Assembly: GCA_041497895.1 (NCBI GenBank)
Contig: JBGQHJ010000002.1
Location: 1 to 64,000 of the forward strand
Reading direction: 5' to 3'
DNA: 64,000 nt
Source of the DNA: Candidatus Methylomirabilia bacterium
GTDB lineage: Bacteria; Methylomirabilota; Methylomirabilia; Rokubacteriales; CSP1-6
Part shown: one piece after another, positions 41,255 through 51,006 of the stretch
Numbering within the stretch: the stretch's first letter is position 1
How the letters are laid out: the number at the start of each line of letters is the position of its first letter
Notes under the pieces: model-generated
Told to the model about the DNA's origin: nothing
Databases searched by the model: none
What the model saw: the letters and a program-made list of their open reading frames with translations, nothing else
Program-made: the position numbers and the translations under genes

Positions 41255-41266
41255 GGAGGACACGAC

Positions 41267-42964
41267 GTGAGCATAGCGGTGACGGAGACGAAGGCGCAGC
41301 GGGTGGAGCGACTCAAGCGGGAGCTGAACCCGTGGGGCGCGTACGCGGAGATCGAGCGGTTCGCGCGCGACGGGGTGGGCTCGATCCCGCCCGAGTGGCT
41401 GGCCACCTACTTCCGCTGGTGGGGCATCTACACCCAGGGCGACGGGGTGGGAGCGATCGGCGGCAAGGGCGGGGAGGGGCGCGCGGTGCCGTACTTCATG
41501 CTGCGCATCCGCATTCCCAACGGCTTCCTCACCGCCGCCCAGCTGCGGACGGTGGCCGACCTGGCCGAGCGCCACGTGCGCGGCATCGCCGATCTCACGA
41601 TGCGCCAGAACATCCAGCTCCACTGGGTGGCGATCGAGGCCCTGCCCGCGATCTTCTTGGCCCTGGCCGCCTGCGGCCTCTCGAGCCTCGGCACCTGTGG
41701 CGACGTGACCCGCAACATCACCGGCTGCCCGCTCGCCGGCCTCGAGGGCGACGAGCTCCTCGACGCCTCGCCGCTCGTGCAGGCCGCGACCGCGATGGTC
41801 AACGGCAGCCCCGAGTTCTACAACCTGCCCCGCAAGTACAAGGTCACGATCACCGGCTGCCGCGTGTGGTGCTCGTATCCCGAGATCAACGACGTGGGCC
41901 TCACCGCGGTGCGCGACCCGTACTCGGGACGGGTCGGCTTCTCGCTCCGGGTGGGCGGCGGGCTCTCGACCCGGCCGCACCTCGCCCCGCGTCTCGACGC
42001 CTTCGTGCGCCCCGAGCAGGCGCTGGCGGTGGTCAAGGGTGTCTCGGAGATCTTTCGCGACAGCGACGTGCTGCGCCAGAACCGCGAGAAGGCCCGGCTC
42101 AAGTTCCTCTTCCTGGATCACGGCTTCACCGTCGAGCGCTTCCAGGCCGCGCTCGAGGAGCGGCTCGGGTTTCGCCTCGATCCGGGCGTGCCCGAGGACC
42201 TGCCCGACGAGGCCTATCGCGACCACGTCGGCATTCATCCGCAGAAGCAGGCGGGACTGGTGTACGCCGGTCTGCCGATCCTGCGAGGGCGGCTCACACC
42301 GGACGAGATGCGGGCGATCGCGGACCTGGCCAGCCGCCACGGCTCGGGCGAGCTCCGCGCCACCAGCATGCAGAATCTCGTCGTCGTGAACGTGCCGGCG
42401 GCCCGCGCGGCCCGGCTCGGGCGCGACGTGACCGCGGCCGGGCTGCGCCTCGACGGCTCGCCCTTCCGCCGGGGCACCGTGGCCTGCACCGGCAGCGAGT
42501 TCTGCAAGCTCGCGCTGACCGAGACCAAGCGCTTCGCCGGCTGGCTCGTGCAGGACCTGGAGGCCCGGCTGCCTGGCTTCCAGGAGCACGTGCGCATCAA
42601 CGTCACCGGCTGCCCCAATAGCTGTGGCCAGCACTGGATCGCCGACATCGGCATCGAGGGCAAGAAGGTGAAGGTGGACGGCCGCCTCGTCGACGCCTAC
42701 TACTTCTGCGTGGGCGGCGCGGTGGGCCGGCACCAGACGGTGGCGCGGCCGATCGGGTACCGCGTGCCCGCGGCCCACGTGCCCGACGCGGTGGAGCGGT
42801 TGCTGCGCGCCTATCTCGCCGGGCGGCGCGACGGGCAGACCTTCCGCGCGTTCTGCGCGGTCCACACCGACGACGAGCTCCGCACCTTCCTGGCCGGGGC
42901 CGAGGTCGTCGCGGTGGCGCGGGACAGTCCCGCGGGTACGATTCCCCACGGAATCGACGGCTGA
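41267..42964 (+). CDS. Ferredoxin-dependent sulfite/nitrite reductase (siroheme, 4Fe-4S)
   Basis: WWGIYTQ, FMLRIRIPNG, TMRQNIQLH, NLPRKYK, ACTGSEFC, TGCPNSC. Confidence 0.93.
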   Translation: MSIAVTETKAQRVERLKRELNPWGAYAEIERFARDGVGSIPPEWLATYFRWWGIYTQGDGVGAIGGKGGEGRAVPYFMLRIRIPNGFLTAAQLRTVADLAERHVRGIADLTMRQNIQLHWVAIEALPAIFLALAACGLSSLGTCGDVTRNITGCPLAGLEGDELLDASPLVQAATAMVNGSPEFYNLPRKYKVTITGCRVWCSYPEINDVGLTAVRDPYSGRVGFSLRVGGGLSTRPHLAPRLDAFVRPEQALAVVKGVSEIFRDSDVLRQNREKARLKFLFLDHGFTVERFQAALEERLGFRLDPGVPEDLPDEAYRDHVGIHPQKQAGLVYAGLPILRGRLTPDEMRAIADLASRHGSGELRATSMQNLVVVNVPAARAARLGRDVTAAGLRLDGSPFRRGTVACTGSEFCKLALTETKRFAGWLVQDLEARLPGFQEHVRINVTGCPNSCGQHWIADIGIEGKKVKVDGRLVDAYYFCVGGAVGRHQTVARPIGYRVPAAHVPDAVERLLRAYLAGRRDGQTFRAFCAVHTDDELRTFLAGAEVVAVARDSPAGTIPHGIDG

Positions 42965-42999
42965 GAACCGAACCGACCCGATCGAAAGGAGAGACGACC

Positions 43000-43659
43000 A
43001 TGACGCTACGACTCGGTGACACCGCTCCCGACTTCCAGGCCGAGACCACCGCCGGCCCGATCCACTTCCACGAGTGGCTGGGCGACGCCTGGGGCCTGCT
43101 CTTCTCCCACCCGCGCGACTTCACGCCGGTGTGCACCACCGAGCTCGGCTACGTGGCGCGGCTGCGCCCCGAGTTCGAGCGGCGCGGGGTGAAGGCGATC
43201 GGACTCTCGATCGACCCGGTGGACTCGCACCGGGGCTGGGCCGCCGACATCCAGGAGACGCAAGGGCACGCGGTGAACTTCCCGATCATCGCGGACCCGG
43301 ACCGGAAGGTGGCCGACCTCTACGGCATGATCCATCCCGCCCACGACGAGGTCTACACTGTACGCACCGTGTTCGTGATCGATCCCAAGAAGAAGATCCG
43401 GCTCTTCATCACGTATCCCCAGACCACCGGGCGGAACTTCGACGAGATCCTGCGGGTGATCGATTCGCTCCAGCTCACCGACCGCCACCGCGTGGCCACT
43501 CCGGTGAACTGGAAGCCGGGCGAGGACGTGATCATCGTGCCGGCGGTCTCCGACGAGGAGGCGCGCGCCAAGTTCCCGGCCGGTTGGCGGGCGTTGAAGC
43601 CCTACCTGCGCCTGACGCCCACGCCGGGACGCGAGGCGGTCGAGACCGCCAAGCGGTGA
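43000..43659 (+). CDS. 1-Cys peroxiredoxin (Prx6 family)
   Basis: FSHPRDFTPVCTTE, YPQTTGRNFDEILR, ATPVNW. Confidence 0.95.
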   Translation: MTLRLGDTAPDFQAETTAGPIHFHEWLGDAWGLLFSHPRDFTPVCTTELGYVARLRPEFERRGVKAIGLSIDPVDSHRGWAADIQETQGHAVNFPIIADPDRKVADLYGMIHPAHDEVYTVRTVFVIDPKKKIRLFITYPQTTGRNFDEILRVIDSLQLTDRHRVATPVNWKPGEDVIIVPAVSDEEARAKFPAGWRALKPYLRLTPTPGREAVETAKR

Positions 43660-44291
43660 GCGCGCGCGAGTACTACCCGCTCTTCCTCGACCTGGCCGAT
43701 CACCCCTGCCTGGTGGTCGGGGGCGGTCCGGTAGCCGAGGGGAAGGTGGCGGGGCTCCTGGCCGCGGGCGCGCGCGTCACGGTGGTGAGTCCCACCGTGA
43801 CCGCGCGGCTCGCGGGCTGGGCCGCCGAGGGGCGGCTGATCTACCTGGCGCGCGAGTACCGCGCCGGCGACGTCGACGGCCAGCGGCTCGCGCTCGTGGC
43901 CACCCACGACGCGGAGGTGACCCGGGCGGTCGTCGCGGACGGCCGCGCCCGCTCGGTGCTGGTCAACGCCGCCGACGAGCCCGCGCGCTGCGACTTCATC
44001 CTGCCCGCGGTGATCCGGCGCGGCCGCCTCGTGGTGGCGGTGTCGACGGGCGGCGCGAGCCCGGCGGCGGCGCGGGCCATCCGCGAGGAGCTGGAGGGCT
44101 ACCTGACCGAGGCGCACGCGGCGCTGGTGGAGCTGGCCGCGGAGGCGCGAGAGGATCTGCGGCGGCGCGGCGTGTCGCCGGGTCCCGCCCGCTGGCGCGG
44201 CGCGCTCGACGATCGCCTGCGACGGCTCATCGCGGACCGCCGCTACCGCCAGGCCCGCGCGCGCTTGGCGGGAAGCCTCGAGTCGGCATGA
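43656..44291 (+). CDS. Precorrin-2 dehydrogenase/sirohydrochlorin ferrochelatase (CysG N-terminal/SirC)
   Basis: YYPLFLDL, VVGGGPVA, VNAAD...CDF, VSTGGASP. Confidence 0.9.
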   Translation: MSAREYYPLFLDLADHPCLVVGGGPVAEGKVAGLLAAGARVTVVSPTVTARLAGWAAEGRLIYLAREYRAGDVDGQRLALVATHDAEVTRAVVADGRARSVLVNAADEPARCDFILPAVIRRGRLVVAVSTGGASPAAARAIREELEGYLTEAHAALVELAAEAREDLRRRGVSPGPARWRGALDDRLRRLIADRRYRQARARLAGSLESA

Positions 44292-45160
44292 TCGAGCCCG
44301 GTCGCGTCTACCTGGTCGGTGCCGGACCGGGCGATCCCGGGCTCATGACGGTGCGTGGCCTCGAGGTGCTGCGCCGCGCCCGCGTGGTCGTCTACGACCG
44401 TCTCGTCGACCCGGCCCTGCTCGACGAGGCGCCGCGGGGCGCCCTCCGTGTCTTCGCGGGCAAGCGCGCGGGCGCCCACTGCCTGCCCCAGGCGCAGATC
44501 AATGCGCTGCTGGTCGAGCAGGCGCGGCGAGGCCGCGTCGTGGTGCGCCTCAAGGGCGGCGATCCGTTCGTGTTCGGCCGCGGCGGCGAGGAGGCGCTGG
44601 CCCTCGCGGCGGCCGGGATCCCCTTCGAGATCGTGCCCGGCGTCAGTGCCGCGGTCGCGGTGGCCGCCTACGCCGGGATCCCGGTGACCCATCGGGGGCT
44701 CGCCTCGTCGTTCGCGGTGGTGACCGGACACGAGGACCCGGGAAAGGGCGCCGCGAAAGTAGACTGGGCGGGGCTGGCCACGGCGGTCGATACCCTCGTG
44801 GTGCTGATGGGAACGAAGAGCCTGCCGCGCATCGCGGCCACGCTGATGGCGCACGGTCGGCCGCCGGACACCCCGGTGGCGCTGATCCGCTGGGGGACGA
44901 CCGAGGCGCAGGAGACGGTGGTCGGCACCCTCGGCGACATCGTCGCGCGCGCCGCGTCGGCCGGGCTGGTCCCGCCGGTGCTGGCGGTGATCGGAGCGGT
45001 GGTGAGCCTGCGGGAACGGCTCGGATGGTTCGGGCCGCGCGACGAGGTACTGGTTGGCGGTGCACCGGGAGATGCCGGCCAAGCTGATCATCCCGGCCAC
45101 CGGGACCCGGGTGGTGTTCGGCGCCTAGCCCGCGGCGCGCAGCGCGTCCTGAAAGTTTGA
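44288..45160 (+). CDS. cobA: Uroporphyrinogen-III C-methyltransferase
   Basis: VYLVGAGPGDPGL, YDRLV, RLKGGDPFVFGRGGEE, GIPVTHRG; atypical C-terminal extension. Confidence 0.93.
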   Translation: MIEPGRVYLVGAGPGDPGLMTVRGLEVLRRARVVVYDRLVDPALLDEAPRGALRVFAGKRAGAHCLPQAQINALLVEQARRGRVVVRLKGGDPFVFGRGGEEALALAAAGIPFEIVPGVSAAVAVAAYAGIPVTHRGLASSFAVVTGHEDPGKGAAKVDWAGLATAVDTLVVLMGTKSLPRIAATLMAHGRPPDTPVALIRWGTTEAQETVVGTLGDIVARAASAGLVPPVLAVIGAVVSLRERLGWFGPRDEVLVGGAPGDAGQADHPGHRDPGGVRRLARGAQRVLKV

Positions 45161-45203
45161 CAGTCCGCCCCGCCGGCGCCTACGCTCTAGGCGGGAGGGA
45201 GCC

Positions 45204-45491
45204 ATGAAGACGCCGCTGCTCGTCCTGTCGATCCTCCTCGTGGGCGCCGGGATCGCGTCCGCCCAGGCGCCCAAGTCGGGCTCGATCGATCTCGACTACA
45301 AGCAGCGCGCCCCCGCGCTCCAGAAGGTGCCGCCCCGCAAGATCGAGGAAGACACCGCGCAGGCGCTGAGCGAGCTCGACCGCCAGCGCACCGAGAGGAT
45401 GCTGCGAGAGAGCCAGCCCAGCCCGATGCGGCGCCCCGATCTCGACCGGGACGTGACGCAGGGCATCCAGTCGCGCGGCCTCGGCCGCTAG
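45204..45491 (+). CDS. Small exported hypothetical protein
   Basis: Signal peptide (ASA-Q), RBS GGAGGGAG, upstream TTGACA-N18-TACGCT. Confidence 0.7.
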   Translation: MKTPLLVLSILLVGAGIASAQAPKSGSIDLDYKQRAPALQKVPPRKIEEDTAQALSELDRQRTERMLRESQPSPMRRPDLDRDVTQGIQSRGLGR

Positions 45492-48400
45492 CGCCGCTTC
45501 CGCGTCCCGGCCCGCTGCGCGCGGCCCCGGGTCTCTTCTCCCACCGGCACTCCGTCGCGGTAGCTCACGCGGTGGCCGAGCACGGCCGGCACCCGCGGTC
45601 CCGGCGTCACGATGCCGACCAGGTTGAGCGGGTCACAGGCCGATACCGAGACGATCTGCCCGGCGGGCTGCTCCCGACGGATGGCGCGCAGCGCCTCGAG
45701 CGCTTCCGGCGCCGCGAACTGCTCGCCCACGAAGCCGCCCACGATGCGCCCGCCGCGGAGATCGCCCCGCATCTCGAGCCGGCGGTAGACGCGTAGCAGA
45801 TCACGCCAGGCCGGGACGCCCGGCTCGCGCTGGAGCAGGTCGCGGAAGACCACCCCGTAGCGGCGGACGTACTGGCGAGCACGCGCCTCGACCAGGTCGT
45901 CGGCGGACGGCGCGACGGGCGGGACCAGTCGGGCCCAGCGACCGGTGCCGGGCGACGGACGCGCGGGAGCCGGCCGCCCCGGCCGCGGCCGCCGGCGCTT
46001 CTCGGAGTGGAGCAGGCTGCGCAGACCGGCGAAGCCGTCGCCGGTGACGAGGCCAGCGGTCACCAGCTCGCAGAGCCCTTCCTCGACCTCGATGCGGAGC
46101 CGGCGAACGCCCGCCGCGATGTCCTCGACGAACGAGGCGCCGGCGCGCTCGAGGTGGGCCAGCACGTCGAGCGCCGGGCCCGAGGGCTTGCTCGCCAGCG
46201 CGGCGGGCTCCGGCCGCGGATCGAGCAGCCACGCGAGATCGCGCCGCAGCAGCAGCGCCAGCGGCACCGCGGCAGACAGACGCCGGCCCGCGTGGCGCGC
46301 ACTCTCGTGCAGGCCGAGCCGGCCCCAGGTCACCTCGCCGGAAAGGCAGAGCTCGTCGAGCCAGCCCGGCTGGTAGCCGGCCACCCGCGCCGTCAGGAGC
46401 TCGCGCTCCCAGGCTCCCGCCGCGGCCTCGAAGCCCTGCAGCCGCTCGATCACCCGCAGCAGCCCGTCGCGCCCGTGCTGCTGGCTCCCCGCCGCCACGT
46501 GCTGCCAGGAGAAGAGGAACCGCAGCAGCGCCGCGGGCGAGACCGGCTCGATCAGGCGGCGCAGCCCCTCGAGCGTCCGCCGGTGGATGCGCGCAAGCAG
46601 GCGCCGGTCGCACCACTCCAACGTCTCGCCGGATGCCGCCCCCGGGGTGAAGCGCCCGCGCAGCACGCCGCCCTCGGCCTCGACCGCGGCGAGCGCCACG
46701 TCCACCTCGCCCGGCGTGACGCCGAGATCCTGGGCGAGGGCGGGCGCGGTGGTGGGGCCGACGAGGCCGAGCCGCGCGCGGATCACCTCCACCAGCGCGC
46801 CCTCGCGATCCGACCAGGCCGGTGCCCGCCGCGCGGGCGGCTCGGTCACGTCGGGCTCGAAGCGGCCGTGCGGCCACACGGTGGCGGCCAGCGAGCGGCG
46901 CTCGGTGGCGACCCAGAGCACGCGGCCGTCCACGCGCAGGCGCGCGGCGCGGCCGGCCGCGATGAGCTCGTCGAGGTAGCCGGACCAATGATCAGTCCGG
47001 GGATCGGTCCGGGTGTCGGTCAGGTCCTGTGGCAGGGCGCCCAGGTCGAGCAGCAGGTCGTGCAGCTCGTCGGCCGAGCGCAGGTCGGGCCAGGCCTCCT
47101 CGACCACCGCGGCGATGGCCTCGGGATCCAGGCGGCCGATGTCGTCCGCGACCGCCGCGGGCAGTCCGCGCCGCAGCGTGACCGCGCGGGCGCGCCGCTC
47201 CTCGAGGGGCGCATCGTCGAGATACGCGTAAGGGTTCGCGTTCAGGATCTCGTGGGCGAACACGGACGGCTCCGGCGTCTCACGGGTCACCCGCTTGATC
47301 TGGCCTCCGTGGATCGCGGTGAGACAGGCGCGCAACCCGTCGATGTCCATCGCCTCGGTCAGGCAGTCGCGCAGGGTCTCGCGGACCAGCGGGTGGTCGG
47401 GCACCTCGATGGGGCCCGCCTCCATGTTGTCCTGGCAGGCGAGCTGGGCCGGGAAGACCGCGACCAGGAGGTCCTCCGCGCGCATGCGCTGCAGATACGG
47501 CGGCACGCGGCGGCCGTTCTGCCAGCGCAGCAAGGCGAGCGCCCGGTTGGCGTTCCAGCGCCAGCGGGTGTTGAACATCGGCGCCTGGAGCGCGGCCTGG
47601 GTCAGGAGCTCCTCGAGCCCGCTCGGGTGCACCATCTCGAAGACCGCCTCGAGCGGGAAGCTGTGCTGCGGGCCCAGCGACAGGAGCACGCCGTCGTCGG
47701 TGGCGGCGGCCTGCAGCTCGAAGTTGAAGCTGTGGCAGAGCCGCTTGCGAAGCGCCATGCCCCACGCGCGGTTGATGCGGCCGCCGAAGGGCGCGTGGAC
47801 CACCAGCTGCATGCCGCCCGCCTCGTCGAAGAAGCGCTCCACCACCACCGTGTCGCGCGTCGGCACCGCCCCGAGCGCGGCCCGGCCCGCCGCGATGTAG
47901 TCGCGTGCGAGCAGGGCCCCGTTCCGGTCGAGACCGGTCTCGCGCTCGAGCCACTCGACGGCCGCGTCCGGATCGTGGAGGCGGTCCGCCACCCCCTGCC
48001 GCACCGCGGCCAGCTCGGTCGACAGCTCGAGGGTGCGCGCGGGTCCCTCGCCGAGCCAGAACGGGATGGTGGACGGGGCGCCGCCCGCGTCCTCCACCCG
48101 GACCCGTCCGCTCTCGATGCGGCGGATGCGCCAGGAGGTGTTGCCGAGCAGGATGACGTCGCCCGCCATCGATTCGATGGCGAAGTCCTCGTCGAGGGAG
48201 CCGATGGTGGTCTCGTCCGGCTCGAGCACCACCTCGTAGTTGGCGTTGTCGGGGATCGCCCCGCCCGAGGTGATCGCGGCCAGCCGTGAGCCCCGGCGGG
48301 CCTTGAGCCGCCGGCCGACCGCGTCGCGGTGCAGCCGCGCCGCGTAGCGGCCGCGCCGGGTCGCGATGCCCTCGGCCAGCATGTCCACCACCTGGTCGAA

Positions 48401-49732
48401 GTCCTGCCGGTCGAGCGCCGCGTAGGGCGCGGCGCGCCGGCAGAGGGCGAAGAGCCGGTCCTCGTCCTGCTCCTCGCTCGCGCAGATGGCCACCACCTGC
48501 TGGGCCAGGACGTCGAGCGGCGCGTCCCGCATCGCGAGCCGGTCGATCTCGCCCCGGCGCGCCGCGCGCGCGAGCGCCGCGCACTCCACGAGCTGGTCGC
48601 GGGTGAGCGGGAAGAGGCGGCCCTTGGGCGTGGCGAGCAGGGCGTGCCCCGAGCGGCCGACCCGCTGCAGCGCGGTGGCGATGGAGCGCGGCGAGCCCAG
48701 CAGGCAGGTGAGGTCCACGGTGCCCACGTCGATGCCCAGCTCGAGCGAGGCGGTGGCCACCACCAGGGACAGCTCGCCCGACTTGAGCCGCTGCTCGGCG
48801 TCGAAGCGCCGCTGGCGGCTCAGGCTGCTGTGGTGCGCGGCCACCCGCTCGGCCCCCAGGCGATCGGCGAGGTGGCGGGTCACCCGCTCGACCAGACGCC
48901 GGGTGTTGACGAACACCAGCGTGGAGCGGTGCTCCCGCGCCAGCGCGGCCACCCGGTCGTAGATCTCCTCCCACTGCTCGTTGGTGCACACCGCGCCCAG
49001 CTCGTCGCCCAGCACCTCGATGGCGAGGTCCATGTCGCGCCGCTGGCCCACGTTCACCACCTCGGGCATCGGCCGCGTCGACCCCACGAGCAGCCGCGCC
49101 GCGGTCTCGATGGGTCGCACGGTGGCGGAGAGCCCGACCCGCTGCAGGCGCGTGCCGCCGCGCGAGACCACCAGCTCCTCGAGCCGCTCGAGGGAGAGCG
49201 CCAGGTGCGCTCCGCGCTTGTCGCCGGCCACCGCGTGGATCTCGTCCACGATCACGGTGCGCACCTGCGAGAGCCAGCCACGGCTCGACTCCGCGGTGAG
49301 CAGGATGAAGAGCGACTCGGGCGTGGTGACCAGCACGTGGGGCGGGCGGCGGCCCGCCTGCCGCCGCTCGTGAGCCGGCGTGTCCCCGGTGCGCACCGCG
49401 GTACGGATGCCCGGGGCGGGCAGGCCCGCCGCCATCGCGGCGGCCGCGAGCTCGCCGAGCGGCTCCTCCAGGTTGCGGCGCACGTCGTTGGACAGAGCCT
49501 TGAGCGGGGAGACGTAGAGGATCGCGGTGCGACCTTCCAGGCGACCCTCCACGCCCTCGCGGAAGAGGCGGTCGAGGCAGGCCAGGAAGGCGGCCAGGGT
49601 CTTGCCGGAGCCGGTGGGCGCGGTCATCAGCACGTCCTGGCCGGCCGCGATCAGCGGCCAGGCCTGGGCCTGCACGGGGGTCGGCTCGCGGAAGCGGGAG
49701 CGGAACCAGGCGTCGACGACGGGGTGGAACAT
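45488..49732 (-). CDS. lhr: Lhr-family DEAD/DEAH-box helicase (long form)
   Basis: APTGSGKT, SPLKAL, DEIH, SAT, LELGID, QRVGRSGH; C-terminal RRYGVVFRD/GEQFA Lhr-type domain. Confidence 0.92.
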   Translation of the reverse strand: MFHPVVDAWFRSRFREPTPVQAQAWPLIAAGQDVLMTAPTGSGKTLAAFLACLDRLFREGVEGRLEGRTAILYVSPLKALSNDVRRNLEEPLGELAAAAMAAGLPAPGIRTAVRTGDTPAHERRQAGRRPPHVLVTTPESLFILLTAESSRGWLSQVRTVIVDEIHAVAGDKRGAHLALSLERLEELVVSRGGTRLQRVGLSATVRPIETAARLLVGSTRPMPEVVNVGQRRDMDLAIEVLGDELGAVCTNEQWEEIYDRVAALAREHRSTLVFVNTRRLVERVTRHLADRLGAERVAAHHSSLSRQRRFDAEQRLKSGELSLVVATASLELGIDVGTVDLTCLLGSPRSIATALQRVGRSGHALLATPKGRLFPLTRDQLVECAALARAARRGEIDRLAMRDAPLDVLAQQVVAICASEEQDEDRLFALCRRAAPYAALDRQDFDQVVDMLAEGIATRRGRYAARLHRDAVGRRLKARRGSRLAAITSGGAIPDNANYEVVLEPDETTIGSLDEDFAIESMAGDVILLGNTSWRIRRIESGRVRVEDAGGAPSTIPFWLGEGPARTLELSTELAAVRQGVADRLHDPDAAVEWLERETGLDRNGALLARDYIAAGRAALGAVPTRDTVVVERFFDEAGGMQLVVHAPFGGRINRAWGMALRKRLCHSFNFELQAAATDDGVLLSLGPQHSFPLEAVFEMVHPSGLEELLTQAALQAPMFNTRWRWNANRALALLRWQNGRRVPPYLQRMRAEDLLVAVFPAQLACQDNMEAGPIEVPDHPLVRETLRDCLTEAMDIDGLRACLTAIHGGQIKRVTRETPEPSVFAHEILNANPYAYLDDAPLEERRARAVTLRRGLPAAVADDIGRLDPEAIAAVVEEAWPDLRSADELHDLLLDLGALPQDLTDTRTDPRTDHWSGYLDELIAAGRAARLRVDGRVLWVATERRSLAATVWPHGRFEPDVTEPPARRAPAWSDREGALVEVIRARLGLVGPTTAPALAQDLGVTPGEVDVALAAVEAEGGVLRGRFTPGAASGETLEWCDRRLLARIHRRTLEGLRRLIEPVSPAALLRFLFSWQHVAAGSQQHGRDGLLRVIERLQGFEAAAGAWERELLTARVAGYQPGWLDELCLSGEVTWGRLGLHESARHAGRRLSAAVPLALLLRRDLAWLLDPRPEPAALASKPSGPALDVLAHLERAGASFVEDIAAGVRRLRIEVEEGLCELVTAGLVTGDGFAGLRSLLHSEKRRRPRPGRPAPARPSPGTGRWARLVPPVAPSADDLVEARARQYVRRYGVVFRDLLQREPGVPAWRDLLRVYRRLEMRGDLRGGRIVGGFVGEQFAAPEALEALRAIRREQPAGQIVSVSACDPLNLVGIVTPGPRVPAVLGHRVSYRDGVPVGEETRGRAQRAGTRKRR

Positions 49733-49950
49733 CGACTCAGTATAGTCGGATTGCCTCTGCACCGCTGGCGGGCGCGCGCGCGGCCGCGATCAGCCCATGC
49801 GGCCAGGGAAGTGATTGACAGGTCGTTCACGCCCCACCTACCGCAGGCGCCGACCCGGAGCCGAGCTGCCGCAGCGATGGCGCGCACGAGGGACCAGATG
49901 GACTCTACCTTCCCATTCGCATACCGGATCACGAGGGACCGGACGTCCCC

Positions 49951-50098
49951 AAGGCCGGTGCCTTCATGGCCTACGGGGAAAGCTTTGAGGACCACATGCG
50001 GCGCCAGGCCATCCACGTGGACAAGCCTCAAGACCGCCAAGGCGCTCCGCCTGACGATCCCGCCGCCGCTCCTACTGCGGGCCGATCAGGTCATCGAG
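49951..50098 (+). pseudogene. Remnant of ABC transporter substrate-binding protein C-terminus
   Basis: AGAFMAYGESFEDHMRRQAIHVDK then, in another frame, LKTAKALRLTIPPPLLLRADQVIE; the usual intervening segment is missing. Confidence 0.7.
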
Positions 50099-50468
50099 GA
50101 GCCCCCCTTTGGAGTTACTATCCCCTTGCGGACAGGGGATGCTCTCGGCGTGCTCGATGAGTTGCGGCTATCGCCTGATGAACCGAGGTCACTCATGACC
50201 CTCCATGGCCACGATCCCCGTGAAAGCATGGACCGGCTCCAGGTGGTGCTGATGCTGCTGCTGTTCCTCGTGGTTGGTGCCATCCTCGGTGCGGTCGTAC
50301 TCTTCCTGACCGACATCTTCTTGGGAAGACTCGAGGACGGAGTGAGGCTGGTGGAGACTCATCTACCCCGAGCACCTGCCGCCCAAGGACTCACCATCTA
50401 CGGACCGACATTCCCGCGTCCGAGCGGTGGGTCCCACGTGCCGAGGTCCTCGGCGGTGCGCGAACGTG

Positions 50469-50640
50469 ATGACGGACGCCACGCTGCTGCCTTGCCTTCC
50501 TCCAAGAGCATCACCGCTGCTGGGACCTGGATGCCGGTGTCGAGCCCGCCCTCGCGTGGATGACCTGCGAGTGCGGTGCGAAGCTGGTGCGGGACCTCAC
50601 AGACCGAAAGCCGCCTCAGGGACGGAGACGGATTGACTAG
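50469..50640 (+). pseudogene. Frameshifted small His/Cys-rich protein
   Basis: AFLQEHHRCWDLDAGVEPALAWMTCECGAKLVR frame (50494-50640) lacks a start; nearest ATG (50469) is out of frame. Confidence 0.4.
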
Positions 50641-50670
50641 CCCCGTGCGCCTCCGTAGCCTTGTCGCACC

Positions 50671-51006
50671 ATGGAGGAGCGGCACGAGACGGTGATCGTG
50701 GGCGGTGGCCACGCGAGGCTCGCGATGAGCCACCAGCTGAGCCGGCGCGGGCGCGCACACGTCGTGCTCGAGCGCGGGCGGGTGGCCGAGCGGTGGCGGA
50801 GCGAGCGCTGGGACTCGCTCCACTTCCAGTTCTCCAACTGGAGCCTCACCCTGCCCGGCCCGCCCTACGACGGCCCGCACCCGGACGGTTTCTCCTCCCG
50901 CGCCGACGGCGACCATCTGGCGGAGCACATCGCGTCGCGGGCGGACGCCCCGGCGCTCGGCCCAACGCTCAGCCCAACGCTCAGCCCAACGCTCAGGAGG
51001 ACATGA
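50671..51006 (+). pseudogene. Internally deleted flavin-containing monooxygenase
   Basis: TVIVGGGHAR (degenerate GxGxxG), VVLERGRVAERWRSERWDS...PDGF joined directly to a C-terminal-like HLAEHIASR. Confidence 0.7.
50960..50995 (+). repeat. 12-bp tandem repeat x3
   Basis: GCCCAACGCTCA three times, immediately before GGAGG. Confidence 0.9.

Noticed and set aside
45488..49732. Lhr as part of an anti-phage defence system
   Set aside because: Looks like the ordinary long DNA-repair Lhr; no nuclease, methylase or other defence genes adjacent.
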